Shown: positions 39,621 to 49,419 of the stretch, one piece after another
How the letters are laid out: the number at the start of each line of letters is the position of its first letter
Position numbering within the stretch: the first letter of the stretch is position 1
Assembly (NCBI GenBank): GCA_963706575.1
Contig: CAVPNL010000004.1
Span: 384,001 to 448,000, forward strand
Length of the DNA: 64,000 nucleotides
Source of the DNA: an uncultured delta proteobacterium
GTDB taxonomy: Bacteria > Desulfobacterota > Desulfobacteria > Desulfobacterales > JAHEIW01
Direction of reading: 5' to 3'
Notes under the pieces: model-generated
The model's input: only the letters and a program-made list of their open reading frames with translations
What the model was told of the DNA's origin: nothing
The model's database searches: none
Position numbers and translations under genes: made by a program

Positions 39621-39742
39621 GGAGTAATGCAGTAGTGGAGCAAAATCAATTGCGGATTGCAGATTTAAAACGCCATCGTGCATGTCCTTAAAATCCGAAA
39701 TCCGAAATCTACATTCCGAAATCTTGTCTACTGCATTACTCC
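39621..39742. repeat. Nested palindrome: 15-bp perfect outer IR around (AAATCCG)n heptamer arms
   Basis: ggagtaatgcagtag / ctactgcattactcc enclosing ttgcggattgcagattt ... aaatccgaaatccgaaatc. Confidence 0.75.
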
Positions 39743-39820
39743 GGTAACAGCTAGCCTCGACAGTAGCGATAAAAACTCGCAGATCGATTTGTGCTAAACC
39801 ATTCTAGTGGGGGGAACTCC

Positions 39821-40609
39821 ATGTCCTTCAAAGAAAACCTGCTGACCAAATTAAAAATTGACAATCTGGCCCATAAGGTCATTGCCTCGATCGGACCGGT
39901 GGAAAGCGGCAGCAAAGTCGACAAAGTCGCCATGCGCAGCCTGCTGGAAATGAGCTCCTATCAGCATCAGAAAGAGCGGGATCTGGATCTGTACGTCGAA
40001 GCGATTGATCAGGAGCGGAAAAAGATTTTTGTCCTGGACAACGAACTGCCGATTTATCAGACGACCATTGATGACGTGGTCATACGTAAAAGCCCGCTCA
40101 TCAAAGAAATGGTCAAAATCCGCAACATCATCAAAATTCTCAAAGACGCCGATGTGAAGCTGAGCCGCAAAGACGAATCCGTTCTCGCCATTCAAAAAGA
40201 ATGCACCGATCAGCTCGATCTTTCTTTTAATGCCACCGACATCGATGAAATTGCCAGAGACGGGCAGGCAGCTTTGGAAAGGGACTATCCCGAAGGGGTG
40301 ATCGAATGCCTGGAGCTGTTCGCCGAACTACTGGATTACAGGCCGGCACCCAAAGCGTTTCAGCTCGGTCGTCATAAAATTGTCGGGGCGCTGACACCCA
40401 AAGCCGGCGGTGAAGTTTTATATGGCCCCATGATAATTTACAGCCTGATCCACGGCACCCTCAAACTCATCGATGAGCAAATAAGCAGCTTCGATAAAAC
40501 CAAAATAGAGCTTGCGCAACAGGTCGCTGCCGGCAAACAAAAGGCTGCTGTTGAAGGCCCTGACGTATTTGAGTACTTAAAAAATACGGTTTTGGAAAAA
40601 AAGGGGTAA
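39821..40609 (+). CDS. Hypothetical protein
   Basis: About 262-aa ORF from ATG 39821 with a purine-rich RBS; no motif recognised. Confidence 0.75.
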   Translation: MSFKENLLTKLKIDNLAHKVIASIGPVESGSKVDKVAMRSLLEMSSYQHQKERDLDLYVEAIDQERKKIFVLDNELPIYQTTIDDVVIRKSPLIKEMVKIRNIIKILKDADVKLSRKDESVLAIQKECTDQLDLSFNATDIDEIARDGQAALERDYPEGVIECLELFAELLDYRPAPKAFQLGRHKIVGALTPKAGGEVLYGPMIIYSLIHGTLKLIDEQISSFDKTKIELAQQVAAGKQKAAVEGPDVFEYLKNTVLEKKG

Positions 40610-40687
40610 AGTCTTTATCCCGGCCCATAAGGCCGGCGTTATCTACGTTAAAAAATTTACCGGAAATCATTAGGGTATTGCCGCATT

Positions 40688-41062
40688 CTATTTTTTCTTG
40701 CGAGCTTTTTTCGCTTTTTTTATCTTTTGAATGAGGTCGTTCAGGTCGGGCGGTTTTTCGATCACATCCAGAGCCCCGAGTGCTCTGGCCTCGATACGCT
40801 TTTCGTCAGGCACGTTACCGGTCAGAAGGATAATTTGCACTTCGGGCTGCCTTGTCTTCATCAGTTTTAAGGCCTTGAACCCGTCCAGTGCCGGCATCAT
40901 GAAATCCATGATAACGACGTCATAGAATTCTTCTTCAATCATATTGAGGGCATCCTCGGCCGAAGAAGCGGTTGAAACATCCATTCCACGCGCACCTATC
41001 CGCTCTGCAATGATATCTAAAAAATCCTTTTCATCGTCGACGATCAATACCTTTGCTGACAT
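40688..41062 (-). CDS. Single-domain response regulator
   Basis: VLIVDDE, DVVIMDF.MP.LDG, LTG, EKP. Confidence 0.9.
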   Translation of the reverse strand: MSAKVLIVDDEKDFLDIIAERIGARGMDVSTASSAEDALNMIEEEFYDVVIMDFMMPALDGFKALKLMKTRQPEVQIILLTGNVPDEKRIEARALGALDVIEKPPDLNDLIQKIKKAKKARKKK

Positions 41063-41079
41063 GCAATACACCTCGGCAA

Positions 41080-41523
41080 CTAATCATCTTCCAAGACCGA
41101 CCGGGGGGAGGAGATGCTTTCACTTCCCATTGCCGTTCGTATGCGCTCCTCGTGCTCGTCTTTTCGCGCAAACGCCTTCTTGATCTTGCTGTCCAATTCT
41201 TCCGTATCACAGGGTTTCATGAGAAAATCAAATGCACCCAGTTTCATGCCTTCGATCGCAGTTTCCACCGTTCCCTGTCCGGTTAACATGATGACTTCGG
41301 TCAATGGTTTTAATGTTTTGATTTCACGAAGAACCTCTATTCCGTCAGTACCCGGCATGGCCACGTCCAGGATAACCACATCATAGTTGAATTTTCTGAC
41401 CTTCTCGAGAGCATCTTCGCCATCTAAGGATGTGGTAATTTCATAATCGCGAATAGCCAATCGTTCAGATAAAGCGTCAACAAATTGTTCCTCGTCATCA
41501 ACTAATAGTACCCGTGTTTTCAT
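41080..41523 (-). CDS. Single-domain response regulator
   Basis: LLVDDE, DVVILDVAMP, MLTG, FDFLMKP. Confidence 0.92.
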   Translation of the reverse strand: MKTRVLLVDDEEQFVDALSERLAIRDYEITTSLDGEDALEKVRKFNYDVVILDVAMPGTDGIEVLREIKTLKPLTEVIMLTGQGTVETAIEGMKLGAFDFLMKPCDTEELDSKIKKAFARKDEHEERIRTAMGSESISSPRSVLEDD

Positions 41524-41591
41524 ATCCAGCCTTTCTTGTATGACTTATTTCAGGGGTTCTTGAGTTACATGCAAAAAAAATAATTAGCCAA

Positions 41592-42260
41592 TTAATCTCT
41601 GTCAATGTCTTCAGCAATTCTAACAACAATTTCCCGTTCCCCGGGGCTGACTTCCAGCTCAGCCCCGAGCAGACCGCAAAGGCCCTTCTCAGGTTCAACC
41701 GGAAATTGTTTCAATGGGGCTCCCGTCAGACCGCCAAGACCTTTGAAAAAAACCTGGATCCCGGCTTCTGTTTTTTGGGTGACCAGTTCAACCATTTTAT
41801 CTTCACCCGCTGCATCCATTGCAAAATCCAGACATAACCACAGCAGATTCATCAAAAAAAACGGAGAGGTCTTTAACCTCAGCGGGCCTTTATTTAATTT
41901 TGGCTGAACGACAACACCGCGCGTGGATGCAAACCGCCCGGATAAGGCCACCAGCAATTCCAATATGTCATTTAGATCAATGGTTTTGATCGATTCATCA
42001 ACGCTGTGAGCCAGGCGGTTCATGTTTTTCATAATGGCGTCTGCCCGGCCAACCTGTTTCATAACCACCCGGGACATATTTTCCAGTCGCTGCGTCTCGA
42101 TCGCAGCCCCCCGGTCTGCCATGAGTGCAAGGTCCTCGAGAAGCCCGGCATTTTCGTTGATGATCGCCAGTACATTTTTAATTTCATGGGATATCGATGC
42201 CGTCATTTTCCCGAAAAATTGGAGACCGGTCTCAGCGACAATTTCCAACTTGGCACTCAT
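41592..42260 (-). CDS. Sensor-less histidine-kinase-like protein with degenerate ATPase domain
   Basis: H-box SISHEIKNVLAII present; N, G1 and G2 boxes not recognisable. Confidence 0.75.
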   Translation of the reverse strand: MSAKLEIVAETGLQFFGKMTASISHEIKNVLAIINENAGLLEDLALMADRGAAIETQRLENMSRVVMKQVGRADAIMKNMNRLAHSVDESIKTIDLNDILELLVALSGRFASTRGVVVQPKLNKGPLRLKTSPFFLMNLLWLCLDFAMDAAGEDKMVELVTQKTEAGIQVFFKGLGGLTGAPLKQFPVEPEKGLCGLLGAELEVSPGEREIVVRIAEDIDRD

Positions 42261-42311
42261 ATGCAACTCCCTTTTTGAGATGGATTCTGATGGACGGCTC
42301 ATGCGCCGGGA

Positions 42312-44060
42312 TCATAATTCGCCGGCTTCCTTTTGGTCCTTTGACGGCATCTTTAGCGGCAGCCGGATATTGAAACGGGTTCCCCGGCCGAGCTCGCTTT
42401 GAACGCTGATCTGTCCCCCGATCTCCTGAACCAGCGCATAGGTGACGGCCAGGTCGAGCCCCATTCCACCTTCTCCGGTTCTTGAGTAAAAAAAGGGTTC
42501 GAAAACGTGCTTGAGATCCGTTTTAGTGATGCCCGGGCCGCTATCGGAGAAGGTGATCGAAACAAAATCCGTATCCTCACATTTGGCTTCAATCTCAAGG
42601 CGGCCCCCATCTTTCATGGCTGCCATGGCGTTGTTAAACAGATTAAAAAAAATCTGCTCTAATTTGCCACGATCACTCTCAAATTGTGGAATGTTGTCCG
42701 CTAAATCCACCTGGACCGTGACACACCTGAATTCAGCTTCTTTGGCCAAAACGCTTTTGACCTCGCTGACAATTTCCTGCAGTTTGATGGTCTGGATGCT
42801 GACATTGAGATGGCGCGCAAAATTCAAAAGGCTTTTGGTGACCTCTGCGCACCGTTGCACCGTGGCAAGCACCGAGTCCACTATGCTGATAAGTTTCGGA
42901 TCTTTTTTATACGCTTCGGTCAGGGTGAATATATCTTTGATATGTCCGGCCTTCTCATTAATGATGGCCAGCGGGTTGTTAATTTCATGGGCGACACCGG
43001 AAGCCAGGCGCCCCAGGGAAACCATCTTATTGGTGTATTCGGCCTGATGTAAGGTGTCGACGCGCTCCTGATCGGCCTGGTGAATCTGACCGACCAGCTG
43101 AGAGGCAACGGCGAGGGTTACCAGCAATATCATCAAGATGCTTGCTGCTAAAATCCCCGTAAAGGCCCAACCCGTCTTATACCAGGGCCGCATGAGTTCA
43201 CCTTGCTGTTTGACGATCATTAAAATAAAAGGCGTTTCGGGGATATACGCATAGCCGATCACCGCGCGTTCTTTGTTATCGTTTTGACTCTCGAATACCT
43301 GCGCTTTGGGTGAGTACTCCGGGATGCGACCCGGAATCTTATTAAAAACCGAGCCGTAAAACCGGGAAGGCGTTTGCAGCACACCCTCTCGGTTGATAAC
43401 AAACGTGTCGGTTTTTTCCCCGACCTCAAACTGGGCAATCAATTCATTGAACCTTTGCGCATCCAGGGCTGCGTGTAGCACAAAAAATGAGCCGTCCGGC
43501 AGATTCCTTTTGACGGCCAAATCAAAGTGTGGTTCTTCGCGTAATCCCGTGACCAGTTCACTGATATAGACACCTTCCTGTAAGACTTGACGGAACCAGG
43601 GCTCGTTGTGGTAATCCACGCCTTCCAGCTCGTGAGATCCGACGTAGGATTGCTGTACGCCCGAGCTGACGATGACGCCTAAATGCGTGAACCCGCTGAA
43701 TCTTTTATTGAGGTTATCGAGAATCTCAGCGAGGCGCGCCTTATCATTCAATGCTTCCAGGGAATGATCGTGAGCTATAAAATCTAACACCGACCGACGT
43801 TCCGACACAAAAAGGGAAACTGATCGCCACGAGTTCGAAACCAGCTGAGAGGTGCGCAATTCCAGTTCGGCTTCGGTGGTATCCTGATGCAACCGGTAGC
43901 CGGCTAATGCCCATATGATGAGCGGTACGAGCGCCACGGTTGCGGTAACCAGAACCGCTCGTTTCCAGATCCGGCGAAAATCAAAATGGTGCTTATACGG
44001 TCCGCCGATGGCATCTTCATGATCCCAAAAAGCAGGTTTTAGTCTTTTTAAAAAAGGCAT
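42312..44060 (-). CDS. Membrane sensor histidine kinase (Cache-like periplasmic domain)
   Basis: Two TMs, GVAHEINNPL, QIFFNLFNNA, DSGPGI, FEPFF; G2 reads GMGLDL. Confidence 0.9.
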   Translation of the reverse strand: MPFLKRLKPAFWDHEDAIGGPYKHHFDFRRIWKRAVLVTATVALVPLIIWALAGYRLHQDTTEAELELRTSQLVSNSWRSVSLFVSERRSVLDFIAHDHSLEALNDKARLAEILDNLNKRFSGFTHLGVIVSSGVQQSYVGSHELEGVDYHNEPWFRQVLQEGVYISELVTGLREEPHFDLAVKRNLPDGSFFVLHAALDAQRFNELIAQFEVGEKTDTFVINREGVLQTPSRFYGSVFNKIPGRIPEYSPKAQVFESQNDNKERAVIGYAYIPETPFILMIVKQQGELMRPWYKTGWAFTGILAASILMILLVTLAVASQLVGQIHQADQERVDTLHQAEYTNKMVSLGRLASGVAHEINNPLAIINEKAGHIKDIFTLTEAYKKDPKLISIVDSVLATVQRCAEVTKSLLNFARHLNVSIQTIKLQEIVSEVKSVLAKEAEFRCVTVQVDLADNIPQFESDRGKLEQIFFNLFNNAMAAMKDGGRLEIEAKCEDTDFVSITFSDSGPGITKTDLKHVFEPFFYSRTGEGGMGLDLAVTYALVQEIGGQISVQSELGRGTRFNIRLPLKMPSKDQKEAGEL

Positions 44061-44119
44061 TTTTATTTCAACCCGGTTTGGATGTTATTTGGCCTTGAAT
44101 CGAATGGCTTAAACAAAAC

Positions 44120-45349
44120 TTATTTGCTTTTCTCAGCCTTTTTCTGCTGAATTTTTTCATTGGCCTTTTTGATAATTTCACTAAGCTCATTGATGTCCAG
44201 CGGTTTCTGTAAATAGGCAAAAGCACCCAGCTGCATGCACAATTCACGGTCCTCTTCATGACCATGCCCGGTAAGAACAATTACTTCGATTTCCGGGCGT
44301 GTCTGTTTCACTTTCCGCAGCACTTCAAGGCCGTCAATGCCCGGCATTTTAAGATCGACGATCATCACATCCGGTTCATCTTCGTTGATCAGATTGAGGG
44401 CGGATTCCCCGTCATAAGCGACCGCCGGGCCCAGATCGCGCATCAATAACCGTTCAGAGAGCGTTTGCACAAACTCACGCTCGTCATCTACCAGCAACAC
44501 TTTTGAAGGCATTTCAAAATTGTGTTTGCGATAAATATCTGATTTGTGAAAATCTTTGCCGACTCGGGTTGCCACTGCCATGACACCAGGGACCTGCTCA
44601 GCGATCGATCTGAGCTCATCCTGCAGGCGGCTGAGCATCAGGACATGTTTATTGATGGTAATGTTAATTGAGCCGTCTTTGGCGCTAACGTCCACCGTAT
44701 GCCCCTGCCGCGCCAGGGCCACTTCCGTGGCCGCCGCAAGACGAAAATCCACCAGAGCCTGCTTCGAGCTTTCCGTTAGCCGAACCACATCGCTGACGGC
44801 ATTATCGGCAATAAGGCTGGCTGCATCTGCCGGCGTCATTTTATCCGCCGGGATAACGATATCGTAGAGACCCGCATCCCACGGGTCGCTTTGATTAAAA
44901 AGCATATCGATCCACCCAGCGCAATCCGCTTCGCGCTTTTGAACCAGTTTGGCGGCCTCCTTATCCGATACCCCCTGCTCCTGGGAAGCGGCAGTGATTC
45001 GATATTTCAGGCTGGCGATCAAACAAATCCGCAAGGTGTGGCTGATGGTCTTCGGTATCAGCTGTCCGCAAAAACAGGTCACCAGCGCATTGTCCTCGGG
45101 AATCAGTCCGGCAAGTGCCAGTTTCAGAAAAGCAATGGAGCGCTCCTTCTCCTGGGTAAATTTATTGAACACCGAGGTCCCGGCCGAAAAGGCCCGCATA
45201 ATTTTGCTTTCAGCCATCTCCGAGAGCCGGCTGGCCTCGGCAACAACCTCATTGTCGGTAATCAGACGGTATCCGGTGCGGGAAATGACTTCTTCGATGA
45301 CCGGATTTTCATTGCAGAAACTGCCGCTAAACAGGGTGATAATAGACAT
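44120..45349 (-). CDS. Cytidylate-kinase-like / BON-like / receiver fusion protein
   Basis: N-terminal IITLFSGSFC...YDIVI, middle IAEQVPGVMAV, C-terminal REC (LLVDDE, DLKMPGIDG, LTGHG, KP). Confidence 0.8.
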   Translation of the reverse strand: MSIITLFSGSFCNENPVIEEVISRTGYRLITDNEVVAEASRLSEMAESKIMRAFSAGTSVFNKFTQEKERSIAFLKLALAGLIPEDNALVTCFCGQLIPKTISHTLRICLIASLKYRITAASQEQGVSDKEAAKLVQKREADCAGWIDMLFNQSDPWDAGLYDIVIPADKMTPADAASLIADNAVSDVVRLTESSKQALVDFRLAAATEVALARQGHTVDVSAKDGSINITINKHVLMLSRLQDELRSIAEQVPGVMAVATRVGKDFHKSDIYRKHNFEMPSKVLLVDDEREFVQTLSERLLMRDLGPAVAYDGESALNLINEDEPDVMIVDLKMPGIDGLEVLRKVKQTRPEIEVIVLTGHGHEEDRELCMQLGAFAYLQKPLDINELSEIIKKANEKIQQKKAEKSK

Positions 45350-45368
45350 TGATTTAATCCTTCATGAT

Positions 45369-45562
45369 TAGAACCCATCTCAAAAATAGGATTTTGGTTC
45401 AAGATCGCGGCGGGGCCGAGTTTTTCCCGCTAAGCGGGACTTCCCACCTGATCTTAAAATCGTTGTGGGTCGAATCCGCAGGCATACTGTTGTATGTCGA
45501 GGATTTTAAACGAGGCTCCAACAAAGATATTGGGCCAAAAGACATTTTTGAGATGGGTTCTA
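45369..45562. mobile_element. 194-bp MITE, copy 2 (inverted relative to copy 1)
   Basis: TIRs TAGAACCCATCTCAAAAAT / ATTTTTGAGATGGGTTCTA; interior homologous to 3227-3420. Confidence 0.88.
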
Positions 45563-47692
45563 TCATTGTTCAGTGATCCGACATACGGTCTTCAATGGGC
45601 AGTTTTTTTCCGCTGCGCCCCTGTGAGTATGGCGATGGATGGCGCCGATGGCCGATTCAATGGTCGGGTAGATATGATCCTCGCCGATTTTGATAATCAA
45701 ATGCGTGCGTTTCAATACATTCATAACGGCGCGGTTCACCCCGCTAAAAGATATATCAATCCCCGCGCTTCGGACCCGGTCTATTGTCAAAGATAAGGCT
45801 TCTTCACCGGAGGCGTCAAGATCATTGATACTGCCGGCCGAGATGATAATGTGCTTGAGATCTTTTTTGGTTCGCCGCCGATTCCGGATCTGCTCCTCAA
45901 GGTAACTGGCATTTGCGAAAAAAAGCGGCCCGTCAAAGCGAACCACGTCGATATACCTGCACTCTTCCAGGCCGCTGGCGACGGCATCATGCAGCGCCCG
46001 GTCGACATCCAGAGAAAGATCAACGACTTTCGGTCGCATGCTTTTGTAAAGAAAAACGAGGACCGAAAGGATAACGCCCATCAAAATGCCCCTCTCCAGA
46101 TGGGGCGCAAATACAAGCGTGGCGACAAAGGTAATAATGGAAATCGCCCCGTCATACCACTGCGCCCTCCACGCGTGAATAAATCCCCTGATGTTAACCA
46201 ATCCAACCACGGCCATCATGATAATCGCCGCCAGCACGGATTGCGGCAGATAATAAAAAAGCGATGTAAAATATAAAAGAACCACCACCACTGCCAAGCT
46301 GGTAAAGACGCTGGACAGGCTGGAATTTGCCCCGGACTGTAAGTTTACAGCCGATCGGGAGAAAGATCCTGAAGTCGGGTAACTTTGGGCGACAGCGCCG
46401 CAGATATTGGCCAGGCCCTGGCCGATGAGTTCCCGGTTGGGATCGAGCCTTTGGCCGGTGACGGCCGCCATTGCTTTGGCAACGGAGATGGCTTCCATAA
46501 AGCCCAGCAGTGATATGATGACGGCAAAGGGCAACAGATCCAGGATCACATTAAAATTAATGATTGGCATAGAAAGCGATGGTAGGCCCCCGGGAATCTT
46601 ACCAACCACCTCACCGCCTCCCCTCAGCCTCAGGCTGGCCGGTTTAAGCGGTACATTACCCACATGAATACGCCAAAAACGGCCGGTTCCTTTTGCCTTC
46701 TCCGGCGTTGCTCCCTCCGGATAGAATTTGACCGAACCATCTGCCTGTCTGACGCCTTCAAAAATGTAATCCCGTATTATTTTTCTATGGTTTTGGGTCT
46801 GATTTTTATATTGTTCAATTTGAACGGTGATACGCTCGACTGTGTGTTTTATATCAAGTGCTTCAAGTGCCTCCAGCGCCTTTCCGCTGGCCTTAAGATT
46901 AAGGCTCAAAGCAGCCCGCTTTTTTGAAAGCAGCTCAGCAGATTTGATGGCTCGGTTGAATTTCTCGATCGCCGGGCGAATATCGGCAACCTTGATATCA
47001 GCAACATCTACCTGCATCGTCTTTTCAAAATCAAAGCCCCAGGAAAGCAGGGTTGTAACCATCACAGCCACAAGTACATTGGGAATCCGTGGTGCAAACC
47101 GCTTTAATCCATACATAATAATAAAAGCCAGGGTGGCCATAACCAGCGTGGGCCAGTGAGTGTAATGCTCAGCTGCTTGTATAACCCGATAAATTGTTTC
47201 GTGATGGTGAGCGGCTCTTTCCACATAGACACCGAATAATTTCGGCAGTTGTGAGGAAGCGATGATAAGTGCGGCGGCGTTGGTAAAACCGTTAACCACC
47301 GGATGAGAGATGAAATTGACGACAAGACCGAGCTTGAGCACGCCCAGAGCGAACTGAAAAATGCCAACCAGCAGCGCCAGCAATATGGCGTAGGCGATAT
47401 ATTGTTGACTGCCGGCGGTGGCCAACGGCTCAAGGGTTATGGATGTTAAAAGCGAAACCACCGCCACGGGACCGGTGGCCAGCTGGCGGCTGGAGCCGAA
47501 CAGGGAGGCCACCAGGGGTGGAAGAAATGCAGCATACAGGCCGTAGTATGGCGGCAACCCGGCAAGCTCGGCGTATGCCAGAGACTGGGGAATCAGCACC
47601 AGAGCAACCGTCAACCCCGCAAGGATGTCGGCTTTCAGGCTAGCCATTTTATAAACTGCGGGCCAACTCAAAACGGTCAACAATCGATTCAT
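45563..47692 (-). CDS. sulP: SulP-family anion (sulfate) permease with STAS domain
   Basis: AGLTVALVLIPQSLAYA, GSSRQLATGP, NRELIGQG, SFSRSA, RFDGPLFFAN. Confidence 0.92.
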   Translation of the reverse strand: MNRLLTVLSWPAVYKMASLKADILAGLTVALVLIPQSLAYAELAGLPPYYGLYAAFLPPLVASLFGSSRQLATGPVAVVSLLTSITLEPLATAGSQQYIAYAILLALLVGIFQFALGVLKLGLVVNFISHPVVNGFTNAAALIIASSQLPKLFGVYVERAAHHHETIYRVIQAAEHYTHWPTLVMATLAFIIMYGLKRFAPRIPNVLVAVMVTTLLSWGFDFEKTMQVDVADIKVADIRPAIEKFNRAIKSAELLSKKRAALSLNLKASGKALEALEALDIKHTVERITVQIEQYKNQTQNHRKIIRDYIFEGVRQADGSVKFYPEGATPEKAKGTGRFWRIHVGNVPLKPASLRLRGGGEVVGKIPGGLPSLSMPIINFNVILDLLPFAVIISLLGFMEAISVAKAMAAVTGQRLDPNRELIGQGLANICGAVAQSYPTSGSFSRSAVNLQSGANSSLSSVFTSLAVVVVLLYFTSLFYYLPQSVLAAIIMMAVVGLVNIRGFIHAWRAQWYDGAISIITFVATLVFAPHLERGILMGVILSVLVFLYKSMRPKVVDLSLDVDRALHDAVASGLEECRYIDVVRFDGPLFFANASYLEEQIRNRRRTKKDLKHIIISAGSINDLDASGEEALSLTIDRVRSAGIDISFSGVNRAVMNVLKRTHLIIKIGEDHIYPTIESAIGAIHRHTHRGAAEKNCPLKTVCRITEQ

Positions 47693-48055
47693 CGCAAACC
47701 CATCGTTACGATTTTAAAATACCCGGGTCAAGAAAAAGTTCCCATAAATCGAATAATTTACCGGAATATCGGGAGGCTGATGCGCAAACTGCATGCTGTT
47801 TGGCCGGCTGTAATTCTTTGAAACTTTTGAATGCTTGGGATACAATTAAAAATAAAGCTCCCCGCCCTCCGCCTCTGGCGGACAGGGTACACAGGCGAAG
47901 GCAAATACAATCCAATTATTGCACGCGTCCGATGACACGGGTCGTTGCAGACCGCAAGCGTTTGACACCATTAAAAAAATATTTATATTCACACAGGAAT
48001 TACGCCATCTGAATTTAAGACAATTCAAAGATCTCAATCAAGGGAGAAAGAAATC

Positions 48056-49306
48056 TTGTTGAAAAAAGCAACTGAGGCCACCATACCGGAAAAGCCCAGA
48101 CTCCTGAAACAACTGAAAAAGGGGAAATTTAATATTCCCGATTTCATCTATGTTTCGGCATCCGATTTTAAAAACGGAAGATTTGACGATTTAAAGGCTT
48201 TTCTGGGTCGCCACCGGGAGAGTTTTAAAGTGATCACCCGCAGTGCGCATCCCCATGAGGAATTTTTTAAAGGCGGAACCTTTGATTCATTGGAGACCTA
48301 TGCCGATCCGGGGGGTATTCAATATGCGCGAACCAAAATCATAAATCTGGCGAAAACCGCCAAACAGCTGACCATTAAACGACAGCAACGATTCAATCAT
48401 AGCCCTGAAATTGATCCCGAGAATATGGGCGTTATCGTGATGCCCTTTATCAGCGGCACCAGCGTCATGGCCAAAATGATCGGAAATCATTGGGAATTCG
48501 GATACTGTCGCGACCGCGACCATAAAGTCCAGCGGGAACCCTACATTACCAAAACGCCCCATGATACCAGACTGCTGCAGTTATCAGAAGATATTCAGAA
48601 GCACTTGGGCTACCGGTGTGAAATTGAATATGTTGTATCCGGTGAGGGTGAGATCTATGTCGTTCAGGCCAAAGACATTTCTCACATCGAAACCCTTGAA
48701 CAGCAACAAAGTGAAAGATCGATGAAGCTGGATGGCGTTCGCCGGATCAGAAGGAACCACAATTATCGAGAACGGCCGGTTTATGTGATGGACAACAAGG
48801 AATTTTACCTGAAAATTATTGGTAAATGTGAAGATCTGGTTTGGGGTAATAAAAAAAACAAGCCGGCCATTGAGGATATTCTTGAAATTATCGCCAAATA
48901 TCAGCACGGACTGGAAGACTTTGCTTTAAGACACCATCGGTTTGGTATTCTGGGGCTGTCGATTCAAGAACCGGAAGAACTCTATCAGATCGCCAATCAC
49001 TATCTGGATGATTTTCCCGACTTGCAGTCAGCGCTTTCCAAAAGGCTGCATGACAACTTATACAAAATTGACTATTTTTTATCAGAAGCCGATACCCTGC
49101 TGGCCAAAGACAAGTTCAGGATCAATCTTTGCGGTCACGACGCCTACGGCATCGATACGGTTCGCAACCCCATGTGGTCCATATACTGGTATATGGATAA
49201 ACACGCAATAATGGTCAAAGATTTCAAAAGATTGGGATTTAAAACCGGAGATACGATCGGAATCGAAATTGATTCGGATGAAAAACCAATCGTTTATCGT
49301 CTATAA
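48056..49306 (+). CDS. Protein with reduced PEP-synthase/PPDK N-terminal (ATP-grasp)-like domain
   Basis: EKPRLLKQL...NIPDF, VITRSAH..E...GGTFDS, MGVIVMPFI, EIEY...IYVVQAKDI resemble PPDK_N motifs; TTG start. Confidence 0.55.
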   Translation: MLKKATEATIPEKPRLLKQLKKGKFNIPDFIYVSASDFKNGRFDDLKAFLGRHRESFKVITRSAHPHEEFFKGGTFDSLETYADPGGIQYARTKIINLAKTAKQLTIKRQQRFNHSPEIDPENMGVIVMPFISGTSVMAKMIGNHWEFGYCRDRDHKVQREPYITKTPHDTRLLQLSEDIQKHLGYRCEIEYVVSGEGEIYVVQAKDISHIETLEQQQSERSMKLDGVRRIRRNHNYRERPVYVMDNKEFYLKIIGKCEDLVWGNKKNKPAIEDILEIIAKYQHGLEDFALRHHRFGILGLSIQEPEELYQIANHYLDDFPDLQSALSKRLHDNLYKIDYFLSEADTLLAKDKFRINLCGHDAYGIDTVRNPMWSIYWYMDKHAIMVKDFKRLGFKTGDTIGIEIDSDEKPIVYRL

Positions 49307-49419
49307 TGGAGAGATTCGCGATAGTCGGATGTCCGGCTATTTGACCGCTGTGCTTTGAAGCACCCGGGTTGCCTGCTCGAGAATTCCCTCCGGAAAACCA
49401 ACGACCGGATTCATCGTCA

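Noticed and set aside
45364..45576. ORFs sharing RLKNRILVQDRGGAEF (also 3330-3590)
   Set aside because: Read-through of the MITE sequence with no transposase motifs.
47765..47810. Possible sigma54 promoter for sulP
   Set aside because: The -12 TTGC is present but the invariant -24 GG is missing.
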